This document shows positions 24,904 through 36,776 of a DNA stretch of 64,000 bases, piece after piece. How positions within the stretch are numbered: position 1 is the stretch's first letter; the number at the start of each line of letters is the position of its first letter. A model generated the notes under the pieces. That model made no database searches. It saw only the letters and a list, made by a program, of their open reading frames with translations, and was not told the origin of the DNA. Source of the DNA: Convolutriloba macropyga (lineage: Eukaryota); contig NC_134470.1 in the NCBI RefSeq assembly GCF_964194025.1, positions 80,972,001-81,036,000 of the forward strand, read 5' to 3'. A program made the translations under genes and the position numbers.

Positions 24904-25083
24904 TATTCGATTACTAATGAAGCTCAGCTTCAACGCTTTTTTCGCTTATGTATAGCTTTTTGAATCCAAACGGAAACAAAATTGTCGTTTTGAAAGTTAC
25001 AATTCTTGTGACTTTGTTAGGGCACGTGGTAATTCTTGGTTACAATTTTGTTGAGACCTTGAAAGTTCTTTTGACCTTGAACA
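24904..25083 (-). repeat. 3' LTR (outer about 22 bp and TSD deleted)
   Basis: Aligns to 31822-31993 with 7 substitutions and one 8-bp indel by manual count. Confidence 0.9.
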
Positions 25084-25316
25084 TTTCCCGGCCTTCTTGA
25101 ACTCGTTCAATTGTGACATCTGTGGGCTTCCTTTGTTATTATCTTGCGAGTACAGTTGAGGGTACAAAGAAGATGATTTTGTTGAACTGACAACTTGGTT
25201 TTTGTGAAAATCGCCAGAAATGTTATCAATTTCATACAAAACTGATTCTGTACATATTGTCGAAGGTGTGATCAAACCAATTGTGAATCTTCGGGTGTTT
25301 CTCAAAGTTTAATCCC

Positions 25317-28300
25317 TTATTCATGTCCAAGATCTTCTGGTTCTTCTCGGTGAAGGGGTATGAGGCGACTGACTGGTCTGATGTAAACTCCAGTTTGTGT
25401 TTTCACTTGAACAACACGAACAATGTTGTCATTACCGTCGAATGTCTGTATTATACGAGCAAGCGGCCAACACATTGGAGGAGTGTTGTCTTCTTTGATG
25501 ATCACAATATCGTTCACTGCTGGTTGTACGTTTTCTGTCCTTCATTTGTTCCGCTGCTGCAATGAAGATAAGTATTCGACACTCCATTTCTTCCAGAACT
25601 GACAAATCATTTTGTCTCTATTCCTCCAATGTCGCGACAAGGTGTTGTTCTTTGGTGAAGATGGCTCGGGTATAGCTGTGATAGGTCTGCCGATGATGAA
25701 ATGTCCAGGGGTTAAAGCTAGAGGATCATTGATGTCGGTTGATGGTGCTGTTAAGAGGACGAGAATTGAGGATAGCCTCAATTTGTGTCCGGAGAGTTAT
25801 GAAAGCACTGGATGAAACTTAGTCGATCCAACCGTTCTGTAAAGATGGCGCTTCATAGATTTAACAGCTGCTTCTCACAGTCCTCCAAAATGTGGCGTCT
25901 TGGGTGGTAATGTAAACCAATCGATGTGGTTTTGGCTCGCAAAATTGTTAATGAGATCCTTGAACTCTTCATCTCAGAGAAGTCGTCTGAATTCGAGTTC
26001 TCCTCGGGCTCCAATGAACGTTGTCGAATTGTCACTGTAAATTGCTTGCGGAGTACCGCGTTTTCCGGTGAATCTCGAGGGTATCGAGGCAATCTTCTTT
26101 GTTAGATTTTCCACTGGCTCTAAGTGTATCGTCTTTGTGGTGAAACAGATGAATATAGCTGCGTATGATTTTTACAGTTTCCGCGAAGCATCTTTCGTAT
26201 AAAACGGTCCACAATAGTGCATCCCAGTGAATTGGAAGGCAAAAGATTCAACTATTCGTTCTGCTGGCAGATCTCCCATTAATGGCTGGCGTATGCGGGC
26301 GTCAAATCGTATGCAGGGCTTGCAGTTGTGAATGACTTTTTTAACACTGGCAATTCCTCCAGGAATCCAAACTTTTTGTCGGAGGGCGAAAAGGGTCACC
26401 TAGGGTCATCTGGGGTCCACTGTGAAGGTTTCTCAAATGACTTTCTCGGATGAGTAACTCGGCTAGTGGAGATGTTTTTGGAAATATTATGGGGAACTTT
26501 TTGTCCACGCTATACGGGGAATTTGCAAGACGACCACCAACGCGGATGACGTTCTTGTCTTCGTCGAAGAATGGGGAGAGGCTGAGTAGATGACTGTTTT
26601 TCTTGATACGCTTGCTGGATGACTCAACTGGTAGGTTTGAAGTTGAGTCTTCTGGTGTTGTTGATCCTTTTATATACCTGAATTCCGGCAGAAAGAGCTG
26701 TTGCATGATGCTGTAAAGGGCTATTCTCGCTGAGCGGAGATTTGATGGGGAAAATTGATGACAAACACCAATTTGTCTTTTTGCTTTGATGTGTTGCTTC
26801 TTCTAAACTGTTGATATAAGGCTTGTTGGTGGCAATGAAAGACTTGCTGATAAATCCGTCTGTAGCTCAAAAACAGATTCGTTCTGTGATTTGTCCTCCA
26901 TTGATTCGTATTGTATTTGTTGCCTTGGTGGAACCAAGTCTGTCAGTGTTGACTGGATTTCAGCGGTTGTTTGCTGAAGTCTATTCAAACATTGCGTAGA
27001 TTGCTCTTCCTTTGTGTGCTCGACAGGAAGAGGGGGCTGCGGGTACAAATCTGCTTTTTGACTGCGGTGATGAGTGTTTGGCTGTAGGGATTGGTCTTTA
27101 TGGCTGCTCTGAAGAAGGGGCTGTGGTTGTTGGGAATCGTTTCGATAGCAGATATTCTGCAGATGAGGTGCGTCTCTATTGTTGCTGGAGAAACCCGAAT
27201 CGTCGCATGGGTTTTCCTGCTGGTTGGTTACAAGTTGTTTAAAGATTGGTCTCGAGGTTTTATCGTGTGTTGTAGACGGTGATGATCTTGATCGTTGTAT
27301 GAACTTTGGTTGAAGATTCCCGTGCGGCTCTTTGTTGGAAAATGCTTTTGGTTTTTGATACGTATTTGAATGATCAATTGCAGGTAGCGAATGACTGTGA
27401 TTGTTGCTTGACCTTCTCTTTATTCGTGCTTGTAGTCGTTGAGTGAATAGTTTGACGTAAGCGAACACTCTTACAAGTCAATACATTGAAGTTTGTCTGC
27501 TGATAAGATCTAATATTCTGTTGTCTTGCTTCTGATGCTGTGTTACTAGAGATAGTTGGGCTGATGAGTTTACTTCGGCTAAAGCGTCAGTTGAGGCGTT
27601 ACAGAGAGGTGTAACATCCAATGAAGGCCAAAAACTGATCGTCTTGACGCAACCAATTGGGACCTTTCCACCAAAGTTGGTGATTAAGAAGTTTGTCGGC
27701 TGAAATTCCTCGTGATGCGCAATCAGCTGGATTGTCTTCTGTTGGTACAAACTTCCAATTTTCTGAAGGAATGATGCTCGGAATCTTGGGAACTCGGTTA
27801 GCAACGAAAGTCTTCCATTTCCTGGGGATTTCTTTAATCCAGGCGAGGGTCACTTGTGAATCGGTCCAGGCAAAGACTTTGGTGTTGGGAAATCGGCTGT
27901 CATTGATGGCTTCTTTTCACTGCTTGAGACAATTGTGCTCCAAGAGGTGCTGCACAGAGTTCTAAACGTGGGACACAAAGTTTTGATTGGGGCAACGCGT
28001 GTTTTGGCTGTCAGCATTTGTGTGTGCACTCGGTCGTCCATGTGCTCTCGCACGTAGACAACTGCGGCATAGGCTGTGGTTGAGGCGTCACAAAACACAT
28101 GAAGCTCCAAAGATGACGAAAAAGGTGCTGCAAAAACTCGTCGTTCAAGTTTGATCTTCTCCAGTTCTTTGACCTGAAGTCGAAATCTTCCGTATTGTTT
28201 TAGGATGTTTAACGATAGGGTTTCGTCCCAGGTCAACTTGTCCATCCAAAGTATTTGCAAGAAGAATTTCAACTGAATTGTTGTTGGTGACAACCATCCG

Positions 28301-31141
28301 AGTGGGTCAAACAATTTTGTGACTTCCGATAATATTTTCCTCTTTGTAGTGGGAAAATCCTTGTCCAGGCAAACTGTGAAGGTGAAATGATCTGGAACAG
28401 GGCTCCACTTTATTCCAAGGGTTTTGACTCCGTAGTCGTTGCTGTTGATTATCATTTCGTCTGGAGTTTCGCGAAGACTGGTAGGCAATCGCTCAACAAG
28501 TGACGAAACACTTGATGTCCATTTTCGTATATCAAAACAAGCTGTTTTCAGTGTTGCGATGATTTCGTCCTGTAATTGAGTGGTGTGCTCAACATCTGAG
28601 GCTCCTGTTAGCAAATCGTCCACATACATATCGTTATTGATTGCAGGGCGGAGGTTGCTGTGGGTGCAACTGTCTGCTAAGGCTTTGAGAGGTCTAATTG
28701 AGTGGTAGGAAGATGATGTTATTCCATAGGTCACTCTTGTCATTCTGTATGTTTTCACCTCTGTGTCATTTGGATTTTTCCACAAAACCCTGTGAAAATC
28801 CTTGTCTTCATCGTCAAGCTGAAGTTGTCGGTACATCTTGGCAATGTCGGAAGGTAGTGCTACTTGATGGAACCGAAAACGAATCAGAATTCCAAACAGA
28901 TCCTTTTGAAATTGAGGTCCGACCAGGAGACGGTCGTTTAAAGATACTCCACTGGTTGACTTAGCTGAAGCATCAAATACGACTCTGAGTTTAGTTGTGC
29001 TGCTGGCGTCCTTGATGACACAATGATGTGGCAAGTAGAAACAATTTGTGGCAGGCATATGAATTTTATTTCTGGGAACTTCTTCCATGTGTCCAAGCTC
29101 AATGAATTCCTGAATGAACTGACTATATCTGTTGTATACATCAGGTTGTTTCTCCAGTCGGAAGATGAGGCTCCGTAGTCTTCTTTTCGCTTGATGGTAC
29201 GAGTCACCAAGGGGTTTGGAGTCTTTGAAAGGGAGTTTCACAACAAATCTTCCCTCTGAGTTGCGTCGGGTGGTACTTTTGAAGTGATTTTCGCATTTCT
29301 GTTGTTCTGATGTCCACTGTGTTATTGTCGGAATTTCTTCAATTTCCCAGAATCGCTGTAAATTGTCTGGTTCTGAACAAATGAAAAAAGACTGAAGTTG
29401 AGTACTCTTCTTTTCAAGTTGGCTCTCACGTCCGATCACGAGCCAACCAAAACAAGATAGGCGGTAGGTAATTGGCTTTTGAGGCTCCTTGATTCTTTTG
29501 TCTCCAATCAGCGGTTCTTCATAGTGTCCTGCTCCAATTATCAAGTCAACGGTGGATGGCTGATTGAAGTCTTCGTCCTTCGTTTTCAGAATCAAGTTTA
29601 CTGATCCTTTGCTGTTGTTGACTTCTTGAACTCCGAGTCCAAAAACTCGGCTCGGCCGTCGGCTTTTTCTTTTTTCAATCCAAGGCGTTGTACTGCATCT
29701 TCCGTGATGAGGTTGCTTTGGGATCCTGAGTCTAAAATTGCTCTAATTTCAGTTGTTTTTCCGTTGTTTTCAACTGAAACGATTGCAGTGGGAAGAAATA
29801 CTTCTTCTTCTTCTTCTTCATTCTGCGACTGCGCTGCGGCTGTAAATTTTTCTTTGTTGACTGTTTTTTCAGCTTGATTGCTTGCTTCTTGTGGTGACGT
29901 GCTGCTAGTTGTAACCGTTGGCGCTGTTGAAGCTGTCCTCGAGTTGTTATTGGCTTCCAAATGCAAAAGACTGTTGTGCTTTCGTTTGCATTTCTTACAA
30001 GTTGAACCATTGCATTGTTCACTTCGATGTCCAGGGCGTAGGCAGTTGAAGCAAAGTCCTTTTGTCTGGATCAACTGAGCTCGGTCCTGTACTGAAAGTG
30101 TTTTGAAACTTTGGCATTGATAAATTTTGTGGTTTTCGTCGCAACATTCACACGTCGCTGATGTGGCTATATGTGAATGGAATCTTCGAAGTTGTGGGCT
30201 GCTTGTGGGCTTCTTGTCGAAAGCTGTTGCTGACTGCTGTGTGGCTGCTTCAAGGGGCGCGTGTTCTTTCTTCCATGAAGTTTTTCATATTAAGATAGCG
30301 TTGGGGATTTCTTCCTGGTGTTGAAAGTTCCCGACATTTTCTCGTTTCGGCGGGCAATTTCTCTACAATGAGGTACACGAAAAAGATGTCCTGATCGTCC
30401 ACGGGCTGTCCAAGGTTGCTGAGCGCTAATCTGTGTTCTTCTATTGTCTCCATGAGATCTCGAAGTGCCTTTGGGTTTTCATTTGTTACCGGCTTCTGTG
30501 AAACTATTGCATGAACATGGGCTCGTAGAATCAGACGTTTGTTGTCGTATCTGTTCCTCAGGATGTCGCATGCTGTACTGAAGTTTGCGTCTGTGATTTG
30601 GAGAGAGGTCAAAAGCTTTGCGGCGTCTCCTTTCACTGATGTTTTTAGATACTGCAACTTTTAACTGTCTGTTATCTGGCTGTTGCTTGTCACTGCTCCA
30701 TTGAACTGGTCGAAGAAAGACCTCCAATCCTTCTAGTCTCCACAAAAAGCTGGCAATTCCAGCTTCGGCAGCTTCACGTTGATGGACGGTGGTCCAGTTG
30801 CTAATCGTGGTGTTGAAGTTCTGGCTGGGGTTTTTTTGTACATGACAAAGCGGTTGATTAGGTCAACATGTTGTCCTATCTTGTCGTCGTAATCTTCCGA
30901 TTCTTCGATTTCTTCATCTGTTGGTGTCATCGATTAAGTTTTGAACTTTCTGATTCATGTCTGACAAGTACAACTGTTTTTTTGTCAACAATGTCGAGAT
31001 TTGTTCCAGTCGTGTGAGCTCCTCTTCACTGACATTTTGTCCAGGTCTATCTGTAATTGTTTTGGCTTCGTTGTTTAATCTGGTTGCAACGGTGCGGTGG
31101 CCTGTTCTTGACTTTTTCAATCTCTCGAAGTTTTCTGTCAT
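25317..31141 (-). pseudogene. BEL/Pao gag-pol polyprotein, disrupted by stops, frameshifts and deletions
   Basis: KLPKLELPAF (gag), triple Cys/His knuckle (CFNCLRPGH...CKKCKRKH), protease LDSGSQ, RT YLPHH / KLRVVFDAS / YVDD, RNase H LHVFCDAS, integrase LHSG..CKPC, YCGPF, LTPGHF, WPLARI. Confidence 0.93.
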
Positions 31142-31799
31142 TATTGAAGACTTTTGTTTGGTGCTTTGTCTTTTGTCTGTGGCTTTGGTGACTAATTAGT
31201 TGCTTTTCCTTTGCTGTTTCGTTGCCTATGCTCTGTTGTTCTTTGCTGTGTTGGTATTTGCTGTGTCTTTCTTTTTGCTGTGTCGGTCTTTGGTTTGGGT
31301 GTCTTTGATGCGGATGATTGTTGCTAGATGTAAACAAAAAAAACCAAGAAGATCCCCACTATCTGTCCCCCCGACCAATAAGACAACCGAAAAAACACAC
31401 GAAAAACGTTACACTTAGTCTTAGAACCGCAGAGGGGACGATTAATGCTACCTAGTGTGACGGTTTTGCCCTCCTTGGTTTTCAAAAAAAATGACTCAAG
31501 AAACACTTGGCATCTATTTGTTCCCCCACTAGATAACTCTTGTTCCGGGACCCAGGTTAATCAACCTGTCATTAAATTTAAGTTAATCAACTTAAATGAA
31601 CTGAGGGGGATGGTTATCTAGTGGTTGTCCGCTTTTTTATGATTAGCTTATTTTTGATACCCCAACTTAGCCTATCTTAGTCTTATGTACCTCCCCCGAT
31701 AGACAATCTAATGTCTAATGCGAGCTGTTCCTAACCCGCGTGCGTTTGCTCACTCTAATTCTAAGGTACATCCTATGATTTTGTTCGGCGGACCAGAAA

Positions 31800-31993
31800 T
31801 GATTACAAGTTCATTTCAATGTATTCGATTACTAATGAAGCTCTGCTTCAACGCTTTTTTTGCTGATGTATAGCTTTTTGAATCCAAACGGAAACAAACT
31901 TGTCGTTTTGAAAGTTACAATTCTTGTTAGGTCACGTGGTAATTCTTGGCTACAATTTTGTTGAGACTTTGAAAGTTCTTTTGACCTTGAACA
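31800..31993 (-). repeat. 5' LTR, 194 bp, TG...CA
   Basis: Begins TGATT and ends GAACA on the plus strand. The PBS follows 4 nt after the LTR on the minus strand. Confidence 0.88.
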
Positions 31994-33302
31994 CACTCAC
32001 TTGACCTTAACTCTTTGAATTCAAATAAAAAACGTACAATTCAAAGAATTTTCATTGACTAAAAAAACTAGTCCTAGAACGAACTATGAGTGAATTGGGA
32101 GCACCATTTAGAAAAAATCAGATAAAAATAAACGAAAACAGTAAAAATCAAATGTGAACAAAAAACCACCAACGAGAAATGGAAACTTGGTTCAAACAAA
32201 CAAAACTAGGCCTAAAACGGCCATGAATGGATTGGATGACCATTTAGAAAAAAATCCGATCCAACGAATTGAAAAAATATTAAAAATCAAAGTGAAATTG
32301 CGCATGTGAACAAAAAACCACTAGCGAGAAACCGAATTTTTGTTCAAACAGTTTTCTCACTCTACTTTAAAATTAGAACGAGGAAAATTCACGCCACAAA
32401 ACCATTCGCTTTTTCGCCCCACTTCCTGTTTCGGCGTGACCAAAATCACAACTCCAATTCGACTTCAAAAATCATGCAAAAGTGAACAGATCTTAAAAAA
32501 AAGACAGCGCCCCAATACAATTCAAATTCTTTGAATTGTAAAAAAGCCAAGAGAACGCCAATAATAGCCTCAGCTATCGCTTTGCGGCTATTAATAAAAA
32601 TAGCACCGCTCAGCTGTCGCAGCCATTAAAAAGAAGAAAACCCAAAGTATTGTTACTATAACAAAATTTTTAATAGACAAAACTTTTCTCACGCAATATT
32701 ACTAATGATGTTCGAGGTCAACGTGGAAGCGAGTAAGTGTAGATGGTGAAAACGTTTTTGAGCGTAGCACAGAAAGTGACAAATTTCGGCTCGGGTATAG
32801 GGAGGAAAAACGGTAAAAGTACTCATAAAAGGTCAAAATAAAATAATCTAAAGCTTTTTAAATTAAAATGAGCCTCGAACATTACCAGCGGCTTCTCACT
32901 AGTATATATTAGAAAGTAAGTCAATTTTAAAGTCAATCATAACTGTTTGAACCCATACACAGAGTGCGAAACAGAAATTAATTTTGTAAAACAAAAGTCC
33001 ACAGTCGAAAACAAAGAAGTGACTGTTGAAGTCATGAACAAATATGCTCCAGCTAAAAAAATCAGTAGAATGCCAAAACTCCTCTTCGAGTAGTTAAAAT
33101 ACTAAGATGACCAAAATCGCGTCACCGTGCTGTAAGAACTATATTGAAGCATAATAGTGACAGCTTATTTGACAACTTCGACCCATAAAAGATCAAAATC
33201 GGTTTCAAGCCTCAATTATTAATCATGAATGCCAAATTTTTTATACCGATAACGAAGTATATACAATTGCCGATCATGCTAAGTAGAAAGATGTGACGAT
33301 AC

Positions 33303-33460
33303 CTTTTGTGTTTCTTGCCACACAAATGGGGTTGGAATTGCTCTCGTATAGATCCAAAGTGTTTCCTCCAGGCAATTCGGACGAAGATACAGATTTCAAC
33401 GCATCCTCGCCTATCTCGTAGTCCCAAGCCTTTGGAGCACCACCCAATGTACTTTTCCGC
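33303..33460 (-). CDS. DPCD: DPCD exon 2
   Basis: RKSTLGGAPKAWDYEIGE...LYESNSNPICVARNTK. Acceptor TTACAG, donor AG|GTATCG. Phases fit exons 1 and 3. Confidence 0.92.
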
Positions 33461-33532
33461 CTGTAATAAATCATCCGTACAAGATATTTTTTAAGTCATA
33501 TTGTACATCTTTCACTTATTTCAAACATAAAC

Positions 33533-33929
33533 TAACTAACGTCGGACAAATTGCTCTCGAACGACAGGCGGGGCAACTTAATTCAGGTGCTGTAGATTAG
33601 ATATTTCTTTATCGGTGAAAAAAAGTGAAGAGGTAGGGTTTCAAACCCCAACCTCCGGAGTTCTCAACAAAATCATTAACCACTCAACTATCAGGACCCG
33701 ATTATTTCGTATGGTTAATCGATTTTATTTTAGCAACAAACTTTATTTCGGAGTGAGAGCAACTTCGATCACTAGAAAATGCAGAACTGAAGTGTGAAAA
33801 ATCACTCAAGGAGTCAAAGAATGCTCTAGAACAAAAGCGCAAAAACTGTCAAGCACAAATTATGCATTGAAAAAAGAAAAGAGTAACGTATTTACAAAAA
33901 TTGCTTCAAACTCCATTCGAAAGCAATTA
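33533..33929 (-). mobile_element. HINE family C filling most of DPCD intron 1
   Basis: Starts CTAACGTCGG + AATTGCTCTCGAACG and ends AATTGCTTCAAAC...CGAAAGCAATT. A tRNA-like cassette lies at 33628-33698. Confidence 0.7.
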
Positions 33930-33977
33930 ATAACTACAAGGATACTGATACCTGTAAATATTAACTAATTGAGATAC

Positions 33978-34165
33978 CTCCATTTCCTGAGAAGTAGTTG
34001 CCCATTGCGTGTGTCATACTCTTCAGCCATCTCTGTATTTTGGTCCAGCTGGAAGTGCGCTTTAATTCGTCCATCCTGATTGAGACATGTGATCTTTGCA
34101 TTCAGCAGCTGTTCCTCCCACCCACTACCACCACCAAGTGACGCTACAGACGATGATGACGACAT
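33978..34165 (-). CDS. DPCD: DPCD exon 1 (full CDS 228 aa over 4 exons)
   Basis: WEEQLLNAKITCLNQDGRIKAHFQL...EMAEEYD...LLLRKWR matches the DPCD N-terminus. Donor AG|GTATCT. Confidence 0.93.
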
Positions 34166-34174
34166 TCACCGCCT

Positions 34175-34192
34175 CTGAAAGTCAGACTGAAA
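34175..34192 (-). promoter_or_regulatory. Tandem TTTCAG acceptors 9 and 21 nt upstream of DPCD ATG
   Basis: Minus strand reads TTTCAGTCTGACTTTCAG|AGGCGGTGA ATG. Confidence 0.5.
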
Positions 34193-34594
34193 TGACGATA
34201 GAAATTGACATCACAGAAGCACAGCTACTACCGATTATCTGATGAAGGTTTTCTGAAAACTCAAAGAGGGCCAATGTTCCTGAACATAGCCTTTAACTTC
34301 GGGCGAATTAAAGATGTAAGGGGGAGTGGGGAGAGGACAACGCATTTGAGGGTTGGGTGGAATTGGATGGAACGCAAGAATAGGGGGTGGTGGCGTTAAT
34401 TCGTGTTTAATTTATGTCTACACCTTTAATTTATGTCTTCTCAGGAGCTCCGATGAATTGTATAACGGGATTAGTAAAGCTCCAGGCTTTAACTGTTTAT
34501 CCCATTTTTGAGGACAAAGTTAAAAGCGTCAGAAAACAGCATAAAAGACCGTAGGACTAAAAAAGTTGCTAGTAACTTCGTTTGAGAGCAATTA

Positions 34595-36776
34595 AAAACA
34601 TACCCGGCAGATTGCCGGAAAATAGCCGCCGTTGATTCCAATAAGCATGATTGGGATTGAAAGAATAGAAGGTAATGAAAAAAAAAAGATTTTTGTACAA
34701 AAATATTTTTTAAGTCCGATTTAATTCGATGGATTATATTTATTTCGTATTTGAGCATACTTCAATTTCTTAGAGAGAGGCTACAGGGTTACTATCAATA
34801 CCAATAAGCATTAGAGATGGTAACTAAGACTTAAAGGAACGATGTTCAAATAGCGGGCATCTAAAATTTGGCTTTATGGGTTTATCCCGTTTCTACTTCT
34901 GACTTCAATTTTTTATACTGACTCTGTTCATTTTGAATTGCTTTGCTGAGCAACTGATGTTCAAAATCACTTTTAGCAGAATGAGAGAAGAGAGAAACTA
35001 GCCTAGAGAAGTCAAAAAGATTTCACGCAAAATGTTGAAAAAGCGGCAAAATGAGGTAAAGCGAAACATTTTTTTATTCGACGAAGTAAAAAAAACATAG
35101 CAGGACAAGTCCTGACGTACAATTCAAAGAATTTTTATTGACTAAACAGAAAAACTAGACCTAGAATGGAATATGAGTGAATTGAGAAAACCATTTTTAA
35201 AAAATCAGATCAAAAAAATAAGAAAAAAAACAGAAAATCAATGTCAAAATGCCGCATGTGAACAAAAAAACCACTAGCGAGAAATTAAAATTTAATTAAA
35301 ACAAAAAAAATTAGGCCAAGAAAGAGCTGTGAATGGATTGGGAAAACTATTTAGAAAAAAATCCGATCCAAAAAATTGAAAAAACAGTAAAAATCAGAGT
35401 GAAATTGCCGAATGTGAACAAAAAACCACTACCGAGAAACCGAATTTTTGTTCAAACACCGTTTTCTCACTCTACTTTAAAATTAGAGCGAAAAAAATTT
35501 ACGCCGCAAAACCACTCGCTTTTTCGCTCCATTTCCTGTTTCGGCGTGCCCAAAATCACCACTCCAATTTGACTTCAAAAATCATGAAAATGTGTGAAGA
35601 GCTCTTAAAAAAAAACATAACCGGAAGAATTCCGGAAACGATTCGAAGTGAAATTTCATTTAAACGCCATCCAACTACTCTTCAAACAAAACGTGCCCTC
35701 ACTAATTTATGATTATCTTGAAACAAAGTCATGAAACAAAAAAAGTAAAAACAAAAAAATCAAATCTGTTAAAATATGATAAAAAATCTGATTAAATTTT
35801 GTTATAAATTGAGATCCCGAAAAAACTATCTCTGCCAAAATAACTTCATCAAAACAACTTGTACTAAAAAAACCACTTATGTGAACTTTGAAAAAATACT
35901 TTAGGCTAAATTATGAAAAAAAAGCTCTTAAAAACAACTTTCACTGAAAAAAGTAAATAAACTTTTTAATATTTCAAAAAACATATAAACCCAAGGAAAA
36001 ATTCCCTTCAGCCAAGAGGGTATCCAGATGCTCGCAAAACAATAGCCAAGTCATAATAGGCAAAGAAACTTAGCTAAAAACGGAAAAAGACGAAAAACTG
36101 CAAAATTAAGAAAAATAGTTCCAATTTTCGCCATTTTTTTTTCATATTTCTCAACAAAAAAATGGTTCTTCACACAAAACTGTAACCAATTGTTATCATA
36201 AATTTTCTCAAGTAGAAAGGATTTTTTCAATACCCATTTGAGCCAGTAAAACAAAAAAATTGTCAAAAAAACGCAAAAATTAGCCCGAAAATCAGCAAAA
36301 TACACTAAAAACCTCCGAGTTCTCATAAAATACATATGAATTTCTAGAAACCTTCAAACCACTACCGAAACCAGCCTAAAATTAAAACAAAATCATAACC
36401 AAACCTCTTAACCAAAATAAATAAAAAAACTGCTTTAAAATGCCGCACGTGAACAAAAAAATTTCGCTCGCTTAGAGAAAATTTTTTCACACATTAATTT
36501 TTCGCTCTTTCGAAAACAGCGGTATGAACAAAAACCACTCTCTTTTCGCTCCGCTCTTCACTTTTGTTCAGCACCAAAATCACTCCAAATTTTTTCACGC
36601 GTTTCATTTCCCGCTTCAAAAATCACTCCAATAAAATTGATTAAAAAAAGAACTTCTCCAATACTCCTTTTCGAGTCGTAAAAAAAAGACAGCGCCCCAA
36701 TACAATTCAAATTCTTTGAATTGTAAAAAAAATAGGAGCGCTATAATAGCCGGCTGAGAAGATGAGGGCGGCTATT
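34595..36776 (-). mobile_element. Triple-nested HINE: D containing F (35094-36725) containing G
   Basis: Three hairpin+subTIR ends (CCGGCAGATTGCCGG, CAGGACAAGTCCTG, CCGGAAGAATTCCGG) are closed in reverse order at 36680, 36725 and 36776. Confidence 0.7.
35614..36680 (-). mobile_element. HINE family G
   Basis: Hairpin CCGGAA-GAA-TTCCGG and subTIR ACGATTCGAA / TTCGAGTCGT. Interrupts the F sequence TCTTAAAAAA^AAGACAGCGC. Confidence 0.6.

Larger units (their letters stand above)
24904..31993 (-). mobile_element. Full-length degenerate BEL/Pao LTR retrotransposon in DPCD intron 2
   Basis: Two LTRs, PBS TGGTCCGCCGAAC (31783-31795), PPT AAGAAGGCCGGGAAA (25084-25098) and domain order gag-PR-RT-RH-IN. 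Confidence 0.95.
24714..32593 (-). mobile_element. Composite HINE D/F split by the BEL/Pao element
   Basis: 24714-24903 and 31994-32030 are contiguous in the related copy at 20120-20330 (...AGTGACATGCACTCACTTGACC). Termini CTGGCAGATTGCCAG and GCGGCTATT are present. Confidence 0.65.

Noticed and set aside
24997-25305. Extra env-like ORF at the 3' end of the BEL element
   Set aside because: Short, runs through the PPT into the LTR, and has no signal peptide or transmembrane segment.
33290-33980. U12-type introns in DPCD (GTATC donors)
   Set aside because: The donors diverge from GTATCCTT after +5 and no TCCTTAAC branch site is visible near the acceptors.
34230-34280. Hammerhead ribozyme core CTGATGA...GAAA upstream of DPCD
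   Set aside because: Stems I and III and the NUH cleavage triplet cannot be formed.
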